This document shows, piece after piece, positions 37,641-51,356 of a stretch of 64,000 nt of DNA (positions are counted from its first letter, which is position 1; the number at the start of each line of letters is the position of its first letter). The translations under genes and the position numbers were made by a program. Source of the stretch: Hydrolagus colliei (Eukaryota); NCBI GenBank assembly GCA_035084275.1, contig CM068755.1:10540001-10604000 (forward strand). Direction: 5' to 3'. Under the pieces are notes generated by a model. That model saw only the letters and a list, made by a program, of their open reading frames with translations. It was not told the DNA's origin and made no database searches.

Positions 37641-38443
37641 TGATCATTTGTATGGGATGAGCAATGGTTCACTTATTTTGCTTTTATTTGGAGGGGAAAA
37701 TGATTGTGTTGGTAATTGTGTAGCAAGTGAGCAAAGATAGAAACAACTAAAATTGCGAACACTGGCAAGTTTCCCTCTACTTGTCTGGCAAGGATTACCC
37801 TATCTGTTAGGGCTTTGGCTTGCAGGGTTAACAGGAGCTAACTAGGAAGAATCCCAGTCTCCAGTGATTGATCTGCTCCTCCAGGCCTTACTAAGAAGCC
37901 AGGCTTGGTCTGTCATCGGTAGTCCTCGGAGAACTGAGTGACGGTGAGGACTGGCTCATCGGGAAAAACATTTAATTTTCTAACGTTCTCATTGAATTAT
38001 GTGATGGATTGGATTATTCTGCCTACACAGCATGTATATTGGTTTATTTTGCAGCAGTATTTTAGTCTGTGTGTCTGATACTTTAGGTGATTTTCTTTCA
38101 CTAAACTCAGTTCAAGAAGAAATCTTGCAGTTGTTTTTTTTAATGAACCAGCAAGCCACTTATTTTAGCCTATTATAAAATCAATCAGGTAGTCCGATTT
38201 GAATCATTCCAGTCAGTACACTGCAAAAGGAAAATCATTCTTACAAATTATGTTTGCTTCATGATATCCTGTCGATCTAAGAATTAATGTCAGTGGGAGA
38301 GTGAAGCAATGTTATTCTTGGGCTAAGGGACCACCTCAATATTCGGCTTTCTTTTTTTTCCTGCTATGTAACTGAAGCAAATCATGGAGGCTGTTTGTCG
38401 TGAATTCTGGCCAATAATGGAGACACCTGTTTATTATTAACAG

Positions 38444-38564
38444 AAAATTGGCTGTGATGGAATCATTGGCTCTATAGCTAAAGAAGATCGCTGTGGGGTG
38501 TGCAGTGGTGACGGCAAGTCCTGCAAGATAATAAAAGGAGATTTCAACCAAACCAAAGGAATGG
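38444..38564 (+). CDS. ADAMTS17: ADAMTS17 exon (about exon 15): [40 protein letters not shown](G)
   Basis: ttaacag acceptor, gtaagg donor, 121 nt; GCDG..DRCGVC motif. Confidence 0.96.
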
Positions 38565-39499
38565 GTAAGGATAAACAAACAGATGACCCATGTGGTTGAC
38601 CTTTCCTATTGTGTCTGTGAATTTAGCTGGAAGATGCAGTGTCTTGAGCTCCATGAGGTGTAATGCATTTGGATAAGCATTAATTGGCTGGGATCGAATG
38701 GGAATGTGCTGCAGGCTGCTTTGGAAAAGGCTTCTTTGGCAAACCACAAAGCTAACGGTTGTGTTGTTTTTAATAAAAACAAAACAACATATTTTGCTAC
38801 AGTGGTAATTACTACTGTACAGCCTTAACCCTTTGAATCCTGCATTTGGATTTCTTTCTATATGTTCTTTTAAAGAATGGACTGAGAAAAGTTAGAATCA
38901 TTCAACCAAGTTGACATCTTTTGTAATCTAATTTTCCCTTTAAATTGAACCCTTTCTCTTTCGCAACCGATTTAATTCAGCTGCATTCCCAATTGGAATT
39001 TTTTGCGTGAAATTAGATGGATTTGGTAGATTAACTTTTGTCTTTATTATAAAACAATGGGTTCTTTTGTTTCCATTTTTAATCAACCACTGAATTCTAA
39101 ATGGTTCTGATAACTCAGATTATTCACGATTCTGTTCTGTGAACTATATTAGACCAATTGAGCGCTCAGGGTTAACCTGATTATGTCAGTTTGCTTTTGG
39201 AGTATCTGAGTAAATAATTGCTCCGACTTGGACAACATCATGCCAGAAATTTACTCAAATAATGCTAAACCCAAACTTTCAGGCTGCCAACTAAATAGCA
39301 TTCCCAGTGTTCCCATTTGTAAAATTGGCTATTTCTCAGATACACGCTGGTTGTAAATTGTTTACAGCTGAAATAGCTGGAAGATTGCAACACCAACAGT
39401 ATGAGTAAATTTGGATGTCAATGGGTGAAACGCATCAGTTGACAAAAGGATTTACCCATTCCATCTGCAGTGGATGGCATGTCCCAGCTGCCTGTAATA

Positions 39500-39770
39500 G
39501 CCAACTCTACTCCAAAACACTGGATAGTGGATTCAAGCTTCATATCAGGGCTTAGAACTCACATGGCTATGCTGCCATTCTAGTATAGTGCTGGCAGTGC
39601 ACTATATTGTCAGAGTTATCATTATTTGGATAGACCCTAAACCCAGTCTGTCTGCTCATTCACTATCCTATTGCACCATTCAAAAAGAGAAGGGAGTTTC
39701 TCCCTGTGAATAGGCCAATAATCTCCCAAATAATACTGTTCATTCACTTCATGGTTGTTTGTTGGACTTT
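39500..39770 (+). mobile_element. Deu-domain SINE, degraded
   Basis: GTGGATTCAAGC head remnant; TTGCACCATTCAAAAAGAGAAGGGAGTTTCTCCC..GGCCAATA core; similar fragment at about 51200-51330. Confidence 0.6.
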
Positions 39771-42700
39771 TCTATATCATGTGTATATATTATTATTAAG
39801 TATTCATTAGTATTGTTATGTAATAATTTTCTCCCTCCAGCTCAGCATCAAGCTTCGGAACTGTTAAACATGCTGAGATGCTACCTTGCGGAAAGGGAGC
39901 TATATATAAAGTTGTTGTTATAAGTAGGTCGCAGGGTTCCCACGAACTGATAATGACCTACTGTTGATTACTAGCAGGTTTTCCCATTAGCAAATCTGAG
40001 TTACTAATAATAAGAATCAATAATAATTATTAATAATTATGATAATTCTTGCATTTGACATTGTGCCTTATCACACCGGAATGTCTCAAAATGCTTTTAA
40101 GTGCAGTGTTTGCATATTTGTAGATGACCCCAGGAGCCAATTTATATACAGCAATGTACCACAAATAACTGAGAGGTGAATTTTAGCTGTTATTGAACCA
40201 ATTGCGAACTATGGCTTTTCAGCCCCACAGCTAGTTAATGTGAGATCTCTATCTGCAGAAATATCTGATCAAACATTAGTTGGCTTCTAGCATTGACTGA
40301 TACCTAATCAATTTATGTTAAAATGAATACTTTAAGCAGAAAAATGGATGATCCGGTTAGTAATTTTTAGACGGTGTTTAAATGTTATGAGTAGATAATG
40401 TCATTAATGCAGTAGCATTTTTTCAATAGGACAGCAATTGCAGGGAAAGACAGACCCAAGGTTGTGGAGGCAGCACAGTATCAGGAATATAAATGTATCT
40501 TACGTGTCAAGAATATGAATTCATATTTTTAATGAATAATCCACACTTCTGGGGCTTGGTAATTTGTCTGCTAGTTTAACTAAATTAAAAAAGTAACACT
40601 AAGTAGTTTTGTTGAAAGTACCAATAGATGACACATGAGAATGAATTGTCACTTTTGTCGACTAGTCGTTACTTGTACTGTTGATATATTGCACTGCAGA
40701 TAGCATTTGATTTAAATGGTAACTTTGCCACAAAACTTTTGCATTATAAAATAGCTGTCTAGGTAAACGTTAGTCAAAACACCAATTATAATTTCTCAAA
40801 GTGTGTTCTATTTTGCCTGGGAGAAAAAGGCATCAAAACATATTGCTCAATAGTTGCTTGAGGGAAGCAGTGGTGAGTTTATATAGACATCATTCAGCTT
40901 TGAATAAAGCATTGAAAATTTATGGCATTGAAAATTTATGGCACAGGCCAATCATACCTGGGCTGGCTCCCACAATAGCAGCCGTTTCAGTCCCAATTAC
41001 CTGCCCTTTCTTTTTAAGGCATCTTTCTTAAGGTATTTAGTTCCCTTTCGAAGGCCAATATGGATTTCGCCAAATATGGACAGTTGCTCACTCACTGAAC
41101 AGTGGAAATAGTTTCTCCCTATTGACTCTTATCAAATCCCCTCATAATTTTAAACATCTATCAGGTCACCCCTCAATCCTCTTTGTTCCAGTGGCAAAAA
41201 AAAAGTCCCATTTCCTCCAGTCTCCGCTGATAGCCCTTTGGTTTAAAAGGATGATATTTAATAGGGTGGACAGTTTGCAGCCAGTGTTCAAAGGTAAATC
41301 TGTAGAGGAGAGTCAGGGTGATCAAGAGAGGGAGAGTTGGAAGAAAATAAAAACCTACAAAAGTATTTAGTAGCAGCCCTAATTCAGGCTGAGTTGGTGG
41401 TTGGCTGATTTTAACTAAGTAAAAGGCTTGCATTTAGAAAGTACATAGTAAGAGGCACTATCATCCTGTAATTTATGATGTTCGGCAATGTCAGCTCAGC
41501 AGAGTATTGCCATAGAAATTCATTAACATTCAAATCACAGGTGTGATTGGTTGTTGAGTTTTGATGCCAACTTTGATCCCGCAGGAAGTAAGGAGATTTG
41601 ATGTATGGGCACTTTGTGTCTCCTGCATCAGAAGCACTTGTTGATGTGTTTCAAAGGGACCTAGAGCTGAGTTTGTAAGTGTGTTTTATGGCTTAAAACA
41701 TTTTCTTTTATAAATATACAGTGTCTCACTGCACACCTAATAGAATTGTCGAAATACATAATAGCTATCACTGCAAGTGCCAGCATATCAAATTACGGCC
41801 TTGAGGGAAATGTTCTCTAAATTTGCTTTAATATTTATTAGAAATGCGACCGTTCATCTGAATCGGGTGTCTCAGTTGTATCCATAATAAAATACTAAGA
41901 TTAATGTAGACACAATCTACGAGCAGCTAAAGCCAACAAACATTCAAGCAGCCAGAACGTATTATCACGCTGAGATAGTTTGCATTGTTAAATCCTTGAA
42001 ATAGTGCTTGATGTTTCATAAACTATGGCTTGCCTTATGTCCCTGGCTCTGAAAAATAAATGTTTTTCTTTAACCACAATATAAATACTCCCTTGGATTA
42101 TGACCATGCTTTAGAATTGGCTCCCTCTTATATGGCATTGTGCTGTTTAGATGCAGCAAGAAGTACAAGTTCATGTCAGGTGCCTGTAAGCACTACTTCC
42201 ATCTCATTTGACTGCATGCATTTCCATCTAGAAAATTTGTCCTCTATATTACAGAGAGCACAAAATGACCAGATGTGTTAACATGCAGTGCACTCCTCTG
42301 CATGCCACATTTCCACCGTCTATTAATATGATGCTCTCTATCGAATGTTCACACCACCAACCCCTTCAAAGAAATGAGCTGAAATTACCTCTGCATTGAA
42401 CTGTGACTTGTAGAATTTAATGCCACTTTTGCTGTAAGAGCACTTGGATACTGATTTTGATGTAATTAAAGTTCACAATTTGATTTTGAAAGAAAATGTC
42501 CAATCGAGGTGTAATCACACCTGGCACTGCCTGTTGGCTTGGGACCTGGTATTGCCGCTTGGTTTGCCGTCTGAAAGGAGTGCCCTTGTCAAGTTTGATT
42601 AAAATTTACCGAAGTGCTTTTTAAGAGTTATTCAGGCAACAAATTAGTAATTCGAGGACTGAGTGTTTGTAGGAGTTGTCAGTAGCACAGATACATCCAG

Positions 42701-43239
42701 GACTGATTTCTGCGTTTGTTCAATAAGTATTTAATAAATTTGCGCATTGTTTCCCTGAAATAACCACCCTCATTTACTCTCAAGCCTTCTTGACTTCTTC
42801 CTCCAACCTTCACCCACAAATATACAGTCAGTCGACTTTACAATATATTCTGTGAAGTGCTTTGAGACGTCTAGAAGACGTGAAAAGTACTATATTAAAT
42901 GCAAAGATTATTATTAATCTGCATTCTGTTTGTGTTGGCATCAACTTTAGAATCGAGACTTGCTCTGGCATTTATATTTCCTAAGAGTTCAAGACTGAAA
43001 ACTTCCTATCTCCTCTCGGTCTTCCTCCTAAAACAAATGGGCTTTAAAACTAAAACGTTGTGTTACTTAAACATTTATTTGCCATCTAATATCTTTCATC
43101 TCCTATTCTTTTCAATCTTCTTTACTGGGGCTTTAAGAGCAAGTGTACACGGTCAGTACACATTCGTGGATTTAATATTAAGTAACATTCCTTGTGTTTG
43201 ATATCACACCTTTCACTCCTAAGAGGACAAACTGCTTCA

Positions 43240-44106
43240 CAGGATCTACTGTAATGTATAATGACTGTGCACTTAGTTGACAAATGCAACAGCAAATTTG
43301 TGTACAACAATATCCTGCAAATATTCATGCAGTTAGAAGTCAATGGCCAATTTTATTTGAGTTGTTGGCCAGGAAAAGCTTGCTTCACTTTTAAAGGGGT
43401 GGCATGAGATCTTTAATGTCCACGTGAATATACCGACGGGAGCTTGCCTTAATGACTGATCTGAAGGATAGCACCTCCAAGCAATGCATCACACCCCCAG
43501 CTTCGTTCCTCGATTACCCCTGTCCTTGCCAGACTTCACTGGCTCCCTGTCCTGGAGAGGATCGATTTCAAGATCCTCACTCTTGTTTTCAAATCTCTCC
43601 ACTCCTCTGCACCCCCGCCTATCTCTCTGACCTCTCTTCCCAACACAGCACTCGTTGACTTTGCTCCTCCGGTTCTGGTCTCCTCCTTGTTCCCCGAATC
43701 CTCTGCTGCACCATTGGTGACTACAGCCACTACTGTAGCTCTGGAACTCCCTTCCTCACTCCCTTGGCCTCATCCCCTCTCTTCCTAGTTTCAGGGCTCA
43801 GTTGAAGACCTTTCTTTTCGACCACGCCTTCGGTCACCTTTTTTCCCCTTCCCCCTGGCTCGGGACCAGGATCCGTTATTGTGAAGCGCTTTGAGACGTC
43901 GTCCAGCGAGGAGGGCATTAAATAAATCAAAGTTGTTGTAAGTTGTTGTAGCACTGCACTGGACTGTCAGCCTAGATTGTGATCTAAATTTTCACATATA
44001 CAGAATTACATTTATATAGTGCCATCATGTAAGGATGACGTCCCAAGGCACCAAGGGGGTTAAACACACAATCTCCAAGATGAGACTTACTAACTGAACC
44101 AGGCTG
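43240..44106 (-). mobile_element. Deu-domain SINE, antisense, split by later insertions
   Basis: 3' part at 43240-43495 (TTGGCCAGGA..GGCATGAGATCTTTAATGTCCAC); resumes at 43951 (GCACTGCACTGGACTGTCAGCCTAGATT); head at about 44055-44106. Confidence 0.68.
43500..43950 (+). mobile_element. L2-clade LINE 3' fragment
   Basis: Encodes HWLPVLERIDFKILTLVFKSL; ends AAGCGCTTTGAGACG..GTTGTTG. Confidence 0.85.
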
Positions 44107-46951
44107 TCACTACATTTTAAGAGCAGAGTGTGATTTGGCAGTTGCCCTGATGGACCTCTTGACAGCCCAGTCTACAATGAATGACTATTTAAACCAAATG
44201 TGCAAAATTGCTAGGTACACTGAAATGTTTTAGTGATGGAGTGATTCAAAGATATAAAAATCAATGGTTTCAAGAAATGATTCATAATAGATGTTACGGT
44301 TCCAAAATGTTCAGCTTATCATCTTCCAGTCCTAATCTTTTTTTAAAAGCAATCATCATAGATTAATTTTTCTCACAAACTGATTTTCTTGTGTGGGTAA
44401 GATTGGAATTCTGCGTAACTAATCACTTCCGTCGCTCATGTTCAGTCTTTGTTCGAGCGTTGAGGGTTGCTATGATAGATATCTTGCACAGCAATGAATG
44501 TGACGGCATGAAAACCTGCAGTGCGGCTTTTTGCTCTCACTCTTGCATTAAACGCCATTTAATATCCTACACAAAACGAAAAATGATGCGCTAAACCTGA
44601 TCTTCTCAAAAACAGCTGTCGAGTTAAGTCTAACAAAGGTGCCTGCTGTATCTGAAATATTAATTTTGCAGCATTCACGACTTTGCTTTGACCTTTGCAG
44701 CTCATTACAGTTTTTTTTTACTTCACTGCCTCCATCTTTGGGAGGGTTTCTAATTAACTGTTAAATGCAATGAAGGCATGTTTGCAGCACCCTCCGAAGT
44801 TTGTTTTTTAACATAATCTCAACAAACATAATAGGTTCAAACTTATTACAGCCAATATTTATGGTACAATAATAACACAGAGCTAGGCCTACAGCTGGTA
44901 AGGCGCTTTCTCATTGCAGGGAAGAGTTAAATGAACATAAAAAAATTGGTAGTGTATTATAATTAGAGCTGCAGATTTGTCACAGCATTTTTATTGTATC
45001 AAAAGTCATGGAGCAGTCATGGTAAATTTAGCAAAAGTCACGGATTTAGGAAGAAACATTGTGTAAAGTCTGGCATAGGCAGCGGAAGCCAGGGAAATCG
45101 ATGATTGATAGGGTGAGATGCACAAAAGAGAAATGTGTGTGATAGAAGGCGATGATAGATAAATGTTAATTCCTAACTGTATGATTAGCAGCAAAGGACA
45201 ACACTTGTTCTATATTATTCCATTATTGTTCTACATTATACCACATTACTATACTAAACTTGACACTTTCTTTCTTCAGAGGGAGTTAGGAGGCATGGAT
45301 TACTTTAGGCTACTGATGCTGCTTCGTAAACAGTCCCAAGACAGTTGGCAGATCGTTTTTCACTTCTTCACTTTCTCTGGCTAGAAACTGGCAGAACTCC
45401 TATTGAATGTGGTTGGAACCTTAGAATGTTAGCCAGTCACCTCTGTGGTACAAGCATGTGTATATCTAGTGATGGGAAGTGAATATTTAAATTTCTAATT
45501 GAAAGAGCATAATGTCTCCAACCTTGAAATGAAAATTAATGAATCTGCTTAGATTTGGTCAAATATGAAATTGAAATGACAATCATTGATGACTTATTGG
45601 GACAAGCTCCCAACAGTAGTCGAAAGCATTACTGCATCCTTGGCTTGGTTGAGTGTTAGTTTATCTTTTAATCCTTTTCATTAGTAGCTTCTCTTGTAGA
45701 GCAGCCTGGGCTAATCATCTGTCATGTGTTTAAAGCACAGGGGAAAGTGCTGGTATTGTTTAATTGAAAAATAATACAATCAATTTAATGTTCATATACC
45801 AATAGAAAGTAATCCAATATAGCACTGTGAATTCCCTATGGAAGATGCTTCGCTTAGAAACAATAACTTGATTCTGTGTTGCTTCAATGCTTTATTCATC
45901 TAAGTTTTTTTATTATATAGCCTCTTATTTATTTGAATAAAATTCATGAAGCCTTGAGTTTTAAAGACAACACAGCTAATGTATTCAGTTTCAATAAATT
46001 GTCTTGAGACCACAAGCAGCACAACTTCCTTCACATAATCCAACAAATTCAACTCTGCCCAGATGCCTGGACTTTTTATCCAGTGAAGCGATCCGTGAGT
46101 TGCAGAACCAAAGCATTCCATCCATTTGTGTGATGGTACAATTTGCAACGATTGAATTTGTTTTTTAAAAAAATTATTTATTTTGCTTGATATTGGGTTA
46201 CAGTAGTAATTTGGTAACCCAGTATTTTCATTCTAGATGTTCAAACAGTAACAGTCGATTTATGCGTTGTGGTTCTATGCCAACATAAGTTTAGTGTCTC
46301 CTTTGGGGAAGCATTAAACTACTGTTACAGTGATTCATTCCAAGGGCAAGATCATAGCTAAAATATAAAAGACTTATGAATCCTCCAAAGCAATATTATG
46401 TCACTAACTTGGTGCAGAGTTTTTATTGTTAGGGTCTGGTTTATATATGTATTTAATCCTCTAAAAGATCATTCAGATTCTTCTCAACACAAACTTACTA
46501 GAGGTTTTAAGAACAAACAAGAAGCAGGGCCTCATAAGAGGTGAAGAAAACAAAGTTGATAAGAGGAGAGAAACTAATTGGATTCATTATAAAGGACCCT
46601 CCTTGTATGTGGTAAAAAATCAACCGTATAAACATGAGTACCAGAAGAGTAAACTTTGAAGGGTGTATGAAACCTTGCCTTTTGCAGACTATTGTCTCCA
46701 CCGACAATATCTAATTGTAGGTTTTGAGAGAATTCTGGGCCCTGTATTGCAGCCTAGCCCTGTATTGATCAGCATCCAACATTCTTACCATTCCGTGCTC
46801 CTTCACTTGCTCAGAACTTCGCCCTATTTGTTTACTTAAAAACTACCGTGAGGGCAGGCGTTGGCTGAGGCCATGGAAAGGAAGCTGTGGAGTGAGTCCT
46901 GTGCCTTTTCTTGAAGAACCCTCCTCATCTATTTAACCCTTGTTTCCACAG

Positions 46952-47032
46952 GTTACATAGAAGCAGCTGTAATCCCTGCAGGAGCACGGCGAATCCGGGT
47001 GGTGGAGGACAAGCCAGCCCACAGCTTTTTGG
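46952..47032 (+). CDS. ADAMTS17: ADAMTS17 81-nt spacer exon: (G)YIEAAVIPAGARRIRVVEDKPAHSFL(A)
   Basis: tttccacag acceptor, gtaata donor; IPAGARxI spacer motif; phase 1-1 symmetric. Confidence 0.94.
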
Positions 47033-47826
47033 GTAATAATACTGATTTACTGTCGTTCAGTGGTTTGCTTGGCACGTGGATTGTTTTTCTTCTGTCGTGA
47101 CTGCCCAAGAAACAGAACAGACGTCTTGTATCCTGTTACATAATGAATTACACATTTCTGTTTATTAATCCAATTATTAGCATGCGATATAATAAAATCA
47201 TTGTATTTGCTCATTAGATTGAGTCAAGTTTCAGACACGGTGAGACCTCGTATCTAAACTCACTTGACCTCGCAGCCATCCTGAAATCCCACTTACTCTT
47301 TACCCTTTGAGACCATTTAGTCTTTAAAATTCAAGACTACGTAGAACTCGGAAAATGTTTTGAATTCTGCCTTCAATTGGAAGGCAGTTTTCTGCGGTCC
47401 TGAAAAAAAAGGAAAATCCGCATTAAGCCAGTTTTATGTAATAAGAATCGTACTGAGAAGCCGTCTGGCGTGGAGGGTGCTATATAAATCGAAGTTGTTG
47501 TTGTTGTTGTTATTGGTTAAGATTAGGTGGAATTTGGTGGCTAGACATGATCTACGCATGCATTGAAATATTTGCACACACGGGAGTTTCACTTTCAGTA
47601 TTGGTTTCCGAATATCCTTGGGAATAGTACTGATGACACATGGCAGTGTTGAATCACTACAAGATCAATGTTAATAGGCAATGAACCACTGTATACAGTC
47701 CCAATGAATCCAGCAGTGAGGTACTCCATTTCATGAACATGACATATTGCTTTGTTCCACAAATGTCATCGCAGTTCTGTTTTCAGTTTAACGTTAATTT
47801 TTTTCATATAGTGGTGAAAATTTTTG

Positions 47827-48186
47827 TGGAGTCCTGTAGCTCAGTGGTTAGAGCACTTGCCTTACAAGTGTAAGACCTGTGTTCAAATCCAGCCAGGGCA
47901 AAACCTTGGGTAAGTTTCCTTACTCCACACGCCTAATCCGCATTAAGCCTGAATTTACGAACTTTGGCCAGTTTTATGTGATAAGAATCGTATCGGTAAA
48001 AAAAACCTATAATAAATTGGTTATTTCAATCCATGACTGTTTATGGGACACTGCTGTGTGCAATTGGCTGCTATGTTTCGCCCACATGTATACAGTCAAT
48101 TCACTTTACTGTTATTCTGTGAAGCGCTTTGAGACATCTAAAAGAGATGAAAAGCGCTATATCAATTGCAAGGATTATTATTATTA
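47827..48186 (+). mobile_element. Same SINE family, full length, with a foreign 58-bp internal segment
   Basis: Canonical head and tail; 47935-47992 is not present in other copies. Confidence 0.9.
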
Positions 48187-50477
48187 AAACTTTTAGCAGC
48201 ATTAAATTTGCTGCCTCACAAATGTGGTATAAAATATCAGATTACATACAGCAATTCTGTTCAGACCTCTTTGGTGGTTTATGTCACTATCTTAAAGGTA
48301 CCAGCAGTGATTCTGTTCTTTCATTATTTTGAACCGGTGAAGGCAAAATACCATGTAATAGAATATACCATGAAACAAGCACCTCATATATTCCCCAAAT
48401 AATCCAAATGTAGAAGCGTCCAAATCTAGTTAGAAATTTATGACCGTGAATTGATTTTTGCCAATCCATTTTATTGAGACAATTTCTACCCCAACAAATA
48501 AAGAAATAGTGCAACGTAACATGCCCGTTTGCATTACACATGTGCATTATGTTATATAGCTGTTTGTCTATAATGAGGGAACCACAGGGAATGTTGGGTT
48601 TATTTGTCTAAAGAACCCTCCAGTGTAAGGGTCATGTGGGAGTGAGGATCTTGAACAAGGAGTCAAACCTGCATCTCCTTCAGCTGCCAGAATGCTGAGG
48701 AAGCTAAGGGGCTGCGGAGTCTGGTGGGACTGTGATCATGGTTGAAGTGGTTAAATTTCAATTATTTTATTCATTGCTTAAAACAATTTAGATATTTTAG
48801 AATATTTCATTAATGCGGTTAGTTATTCAAGGTGGCCTCAGGGGGGACATGTTAGCTATGAATTGCATTTGGTGCAACCCTAAAACTCACAGCCGGTGGT
48901 TTCTCGATATTTGCAGCACATTCAACACATACGAAATGTAAGACCGCATCACTTTTTTTGTGTGTGTGTTTGTTGCAGTCAAACAGATGAAGGATAATTG
49001 TATTTTTTTTCATTACTCGAATTGCAGTTACACACCTAGGACTAGCTACATAAATATGCTGTGCACACACTTCATCTACTAAAATGCTTCTCAACTGCTG
49101 AAACTCTTAATAAATGTCCGAATGGTTCTCTGCTGGAGGAAGTTTGTGGTTTGGAAAGATTGTACTTTGATAAATGGAAGTGAATAATTTACCAGACGAG
49201 TTCATATAAAAATCTGAACATAAGATTTTAATTTTTAGCAAGTCGCTACCAAAAGCTTAATGTTGCTATCCATTTGATAGATTTGTGGTGAAACTGACCC
49301 AAGACAAAAGTGACTGATGCTCATACAACAAGGCAGGCCCATTCAATGCTTCACATGATCTCTTCCTGTTCTGCTGGACAGCCAATATACCTCAACTTCT
49401 GAATGCCTAGATGTATTGAGGTTCAGTTCAGGGAGTCTACGGAAAGTGTGTGCTTTTACAGAACCTTCAATATCTGATGACTTGATCCTGTTCAACCGTA
49501 TTAAATTACCAGCCAGCCAGCATTGCTGTCAAGTCAGTCACTGAGAGCTGTACAATTTCCCCCACTCCTCCTCCCCATTTCTATGGCATAGTGCCAGCAT
49601 TTGACAAATGACAATCCTGTTGAGAGTGAGACTTGCTGTGCTACAACTTCCATCCCTTAACTCTAATGCTTGCTACCGACTCTTATCTGCGTTTCTTTGT
49701 AGGATCTAGTTAGGAAAAAAGCAGGTCATACGAATGAGCAATGAAAATAAAAAATTTCTTTCAATCAGCACCTTTGGCATTTTAGCGGAAAAGAGTACAG
49801 GTATTTAAGCAGAACAGAGTGTGCATTGCAGATTTTTATGAACTCATTTCCACCCCCCCCATCCCCACCCAGCCAGCCAGCCCAAATAGCTGGTTTGAAA
49901 TGAACGGGCTGATTCTCGACACAGATGTCGCAGCTCAGTCTTTCACCAGCAGCTGCACATTTAATTTCCTATCAATTCATTTGAAAGTATCCCTTTATTT
50001 CCCAAAGCAGCTATCTGGTGTATGTGTGTGTGTGTGGAGGAAACTGTGTTTGTGTACTCCCACCCACTTATTATTGAAGTAACTCGGTGAACAGTGTAAT
50101 TAGCCAACGTGTCAGGTTCTAAGAAAAGTTGTGTAACTCTGTCTGGAGTGGTAGCCAATTGGCCTTGGAACAGTGCAACCAGATGATGGCCTAGAGCAAA
50201 ATATGGGATGTATTCCTGCTTTACTTTTTATTAATTTTGCTTGTAGTTTTTGCCTGCAACAAAAAACAAGTTCCAAAGCACTGGCCTGGCAATTGTCCAC
50301 ACCCAGACTTCAAGCTATTTGAAACCCAATGAAAGCTTCGTCGGAAGAAAATAAACATTTGAAAAGCAGCTGTTAAATGTTTCTGTTAGTCCGCGGGTTC
50401 CTCTCAGAATGAGAGAGAAAAATGTTTGTCCGTAATGTTTTAAAAATTACTCTTGTTTGATGTTTGTTTTCCACCAG

Positions 50478-50635
50478 CTTTAAAGGATTCTACAAAGCAA
50501 TCAATCAACAGCGACTGGAAGATCGAGCTGCCAGGGGAGTTTCAGATCGCAGGCACCGTCGTCCGCTATGTGCGAAGGGGACTGTGGGAAAAGATGTCTG
50601 CTAAGGGACCAACCAAAACACCACTTCACTTAATG
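50478..50635 (+). CDS. ADAMTS17: ADAMTS17 spacer exon: (A)[52 protein letters not shown]
   Basis: ccaccag acceptor, gtaact donor, 158 nt. Confidence 0.96.
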
Positions 50636-50656
50636 GTAACTTTCTGGTCTTTGTGA

Positions 50657-50950
50657 ACTCAGTGCTAAGAGCACTCTCCCTGCAAGCGAGAGATCTTGGT
50701 TTGATTCTCGGCAGAGTGAAATTTGGGGCAAGTTTCCATACTTCATACACCTCTGTTTACTTAGAAGTTAGTAGGTACCTGGTTGTAGGTTGATTGGTGG
50801 ATTACTTTTCTGAGGGTAATAATTCCTTCAAAAAAAAAGATTAGTCACTTCAATCCACATCTGTTTGTGGGACATTGCTATGCGCAAGTACGTTGAGACG
50901 TCGCGAAGACATGATAAGACGCTTTATCAAATACAAGGATTATTATTATA
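50657..50950 (+). mobile_element. Same SINE family, long variant, about 20 nt downstream of an exon donor
   Basis: Degenerate head, CCTCTGTTTAC..GTAGGTACCTGGTTG middle, GGATTATTATT tail. Confidence 0.82.
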
Positions 50951-51356
50951 ATTGAATGAATGCTTCCTAATTCAGTGCTTTGTCCAGGTGGTGGTGTATG
51001 GGGGGAGGGGGAAAGGAAAATGAAGAGAGAGCAACAGAAGTTACAAATTATGTTTAGCTTTTGAAGAATAACGTTTCAATGTTGCGCAAACAATCAGACA
51101 CTTCAAAAGCACCAGCTTTCCAATAGCTTTATATTACACAATAGGTTATATATTGACGGACGAACAGGTTTCAGCAATAGGACTGTAGACCCTCATGGGA
51201 GATGGACTTCTGTTTCCCATCTGCTGTTTGCCTTATTGTTCAAAAAAATACCATTGCACCATTTGAAAAGAGGAGTTTCTCTCAATGTCCTGGCCAACAG
51301 TCCTTCAGATAAAACTGAGCATTCACTTCATGCCAACCCTACCTTTACTTAATAAT

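Noticed and set aside
40908-40942. Short tandem duplication (GCATTGAAAATTTATG twice); CRISPR-like or functional array
   Set aside because: Only two adjacent units with no spacers; ordinary slippage in eukaryotic DNA
46084-46135. Extra alternative spacer exon (ccag|TGAAGCGA.., VKRSVSCRTK)
   Set aside because: In-frame stop follows and similarity is unconvincing; PKC-like hits near 42610 and 44300 also lack a compatible frame or splice sites
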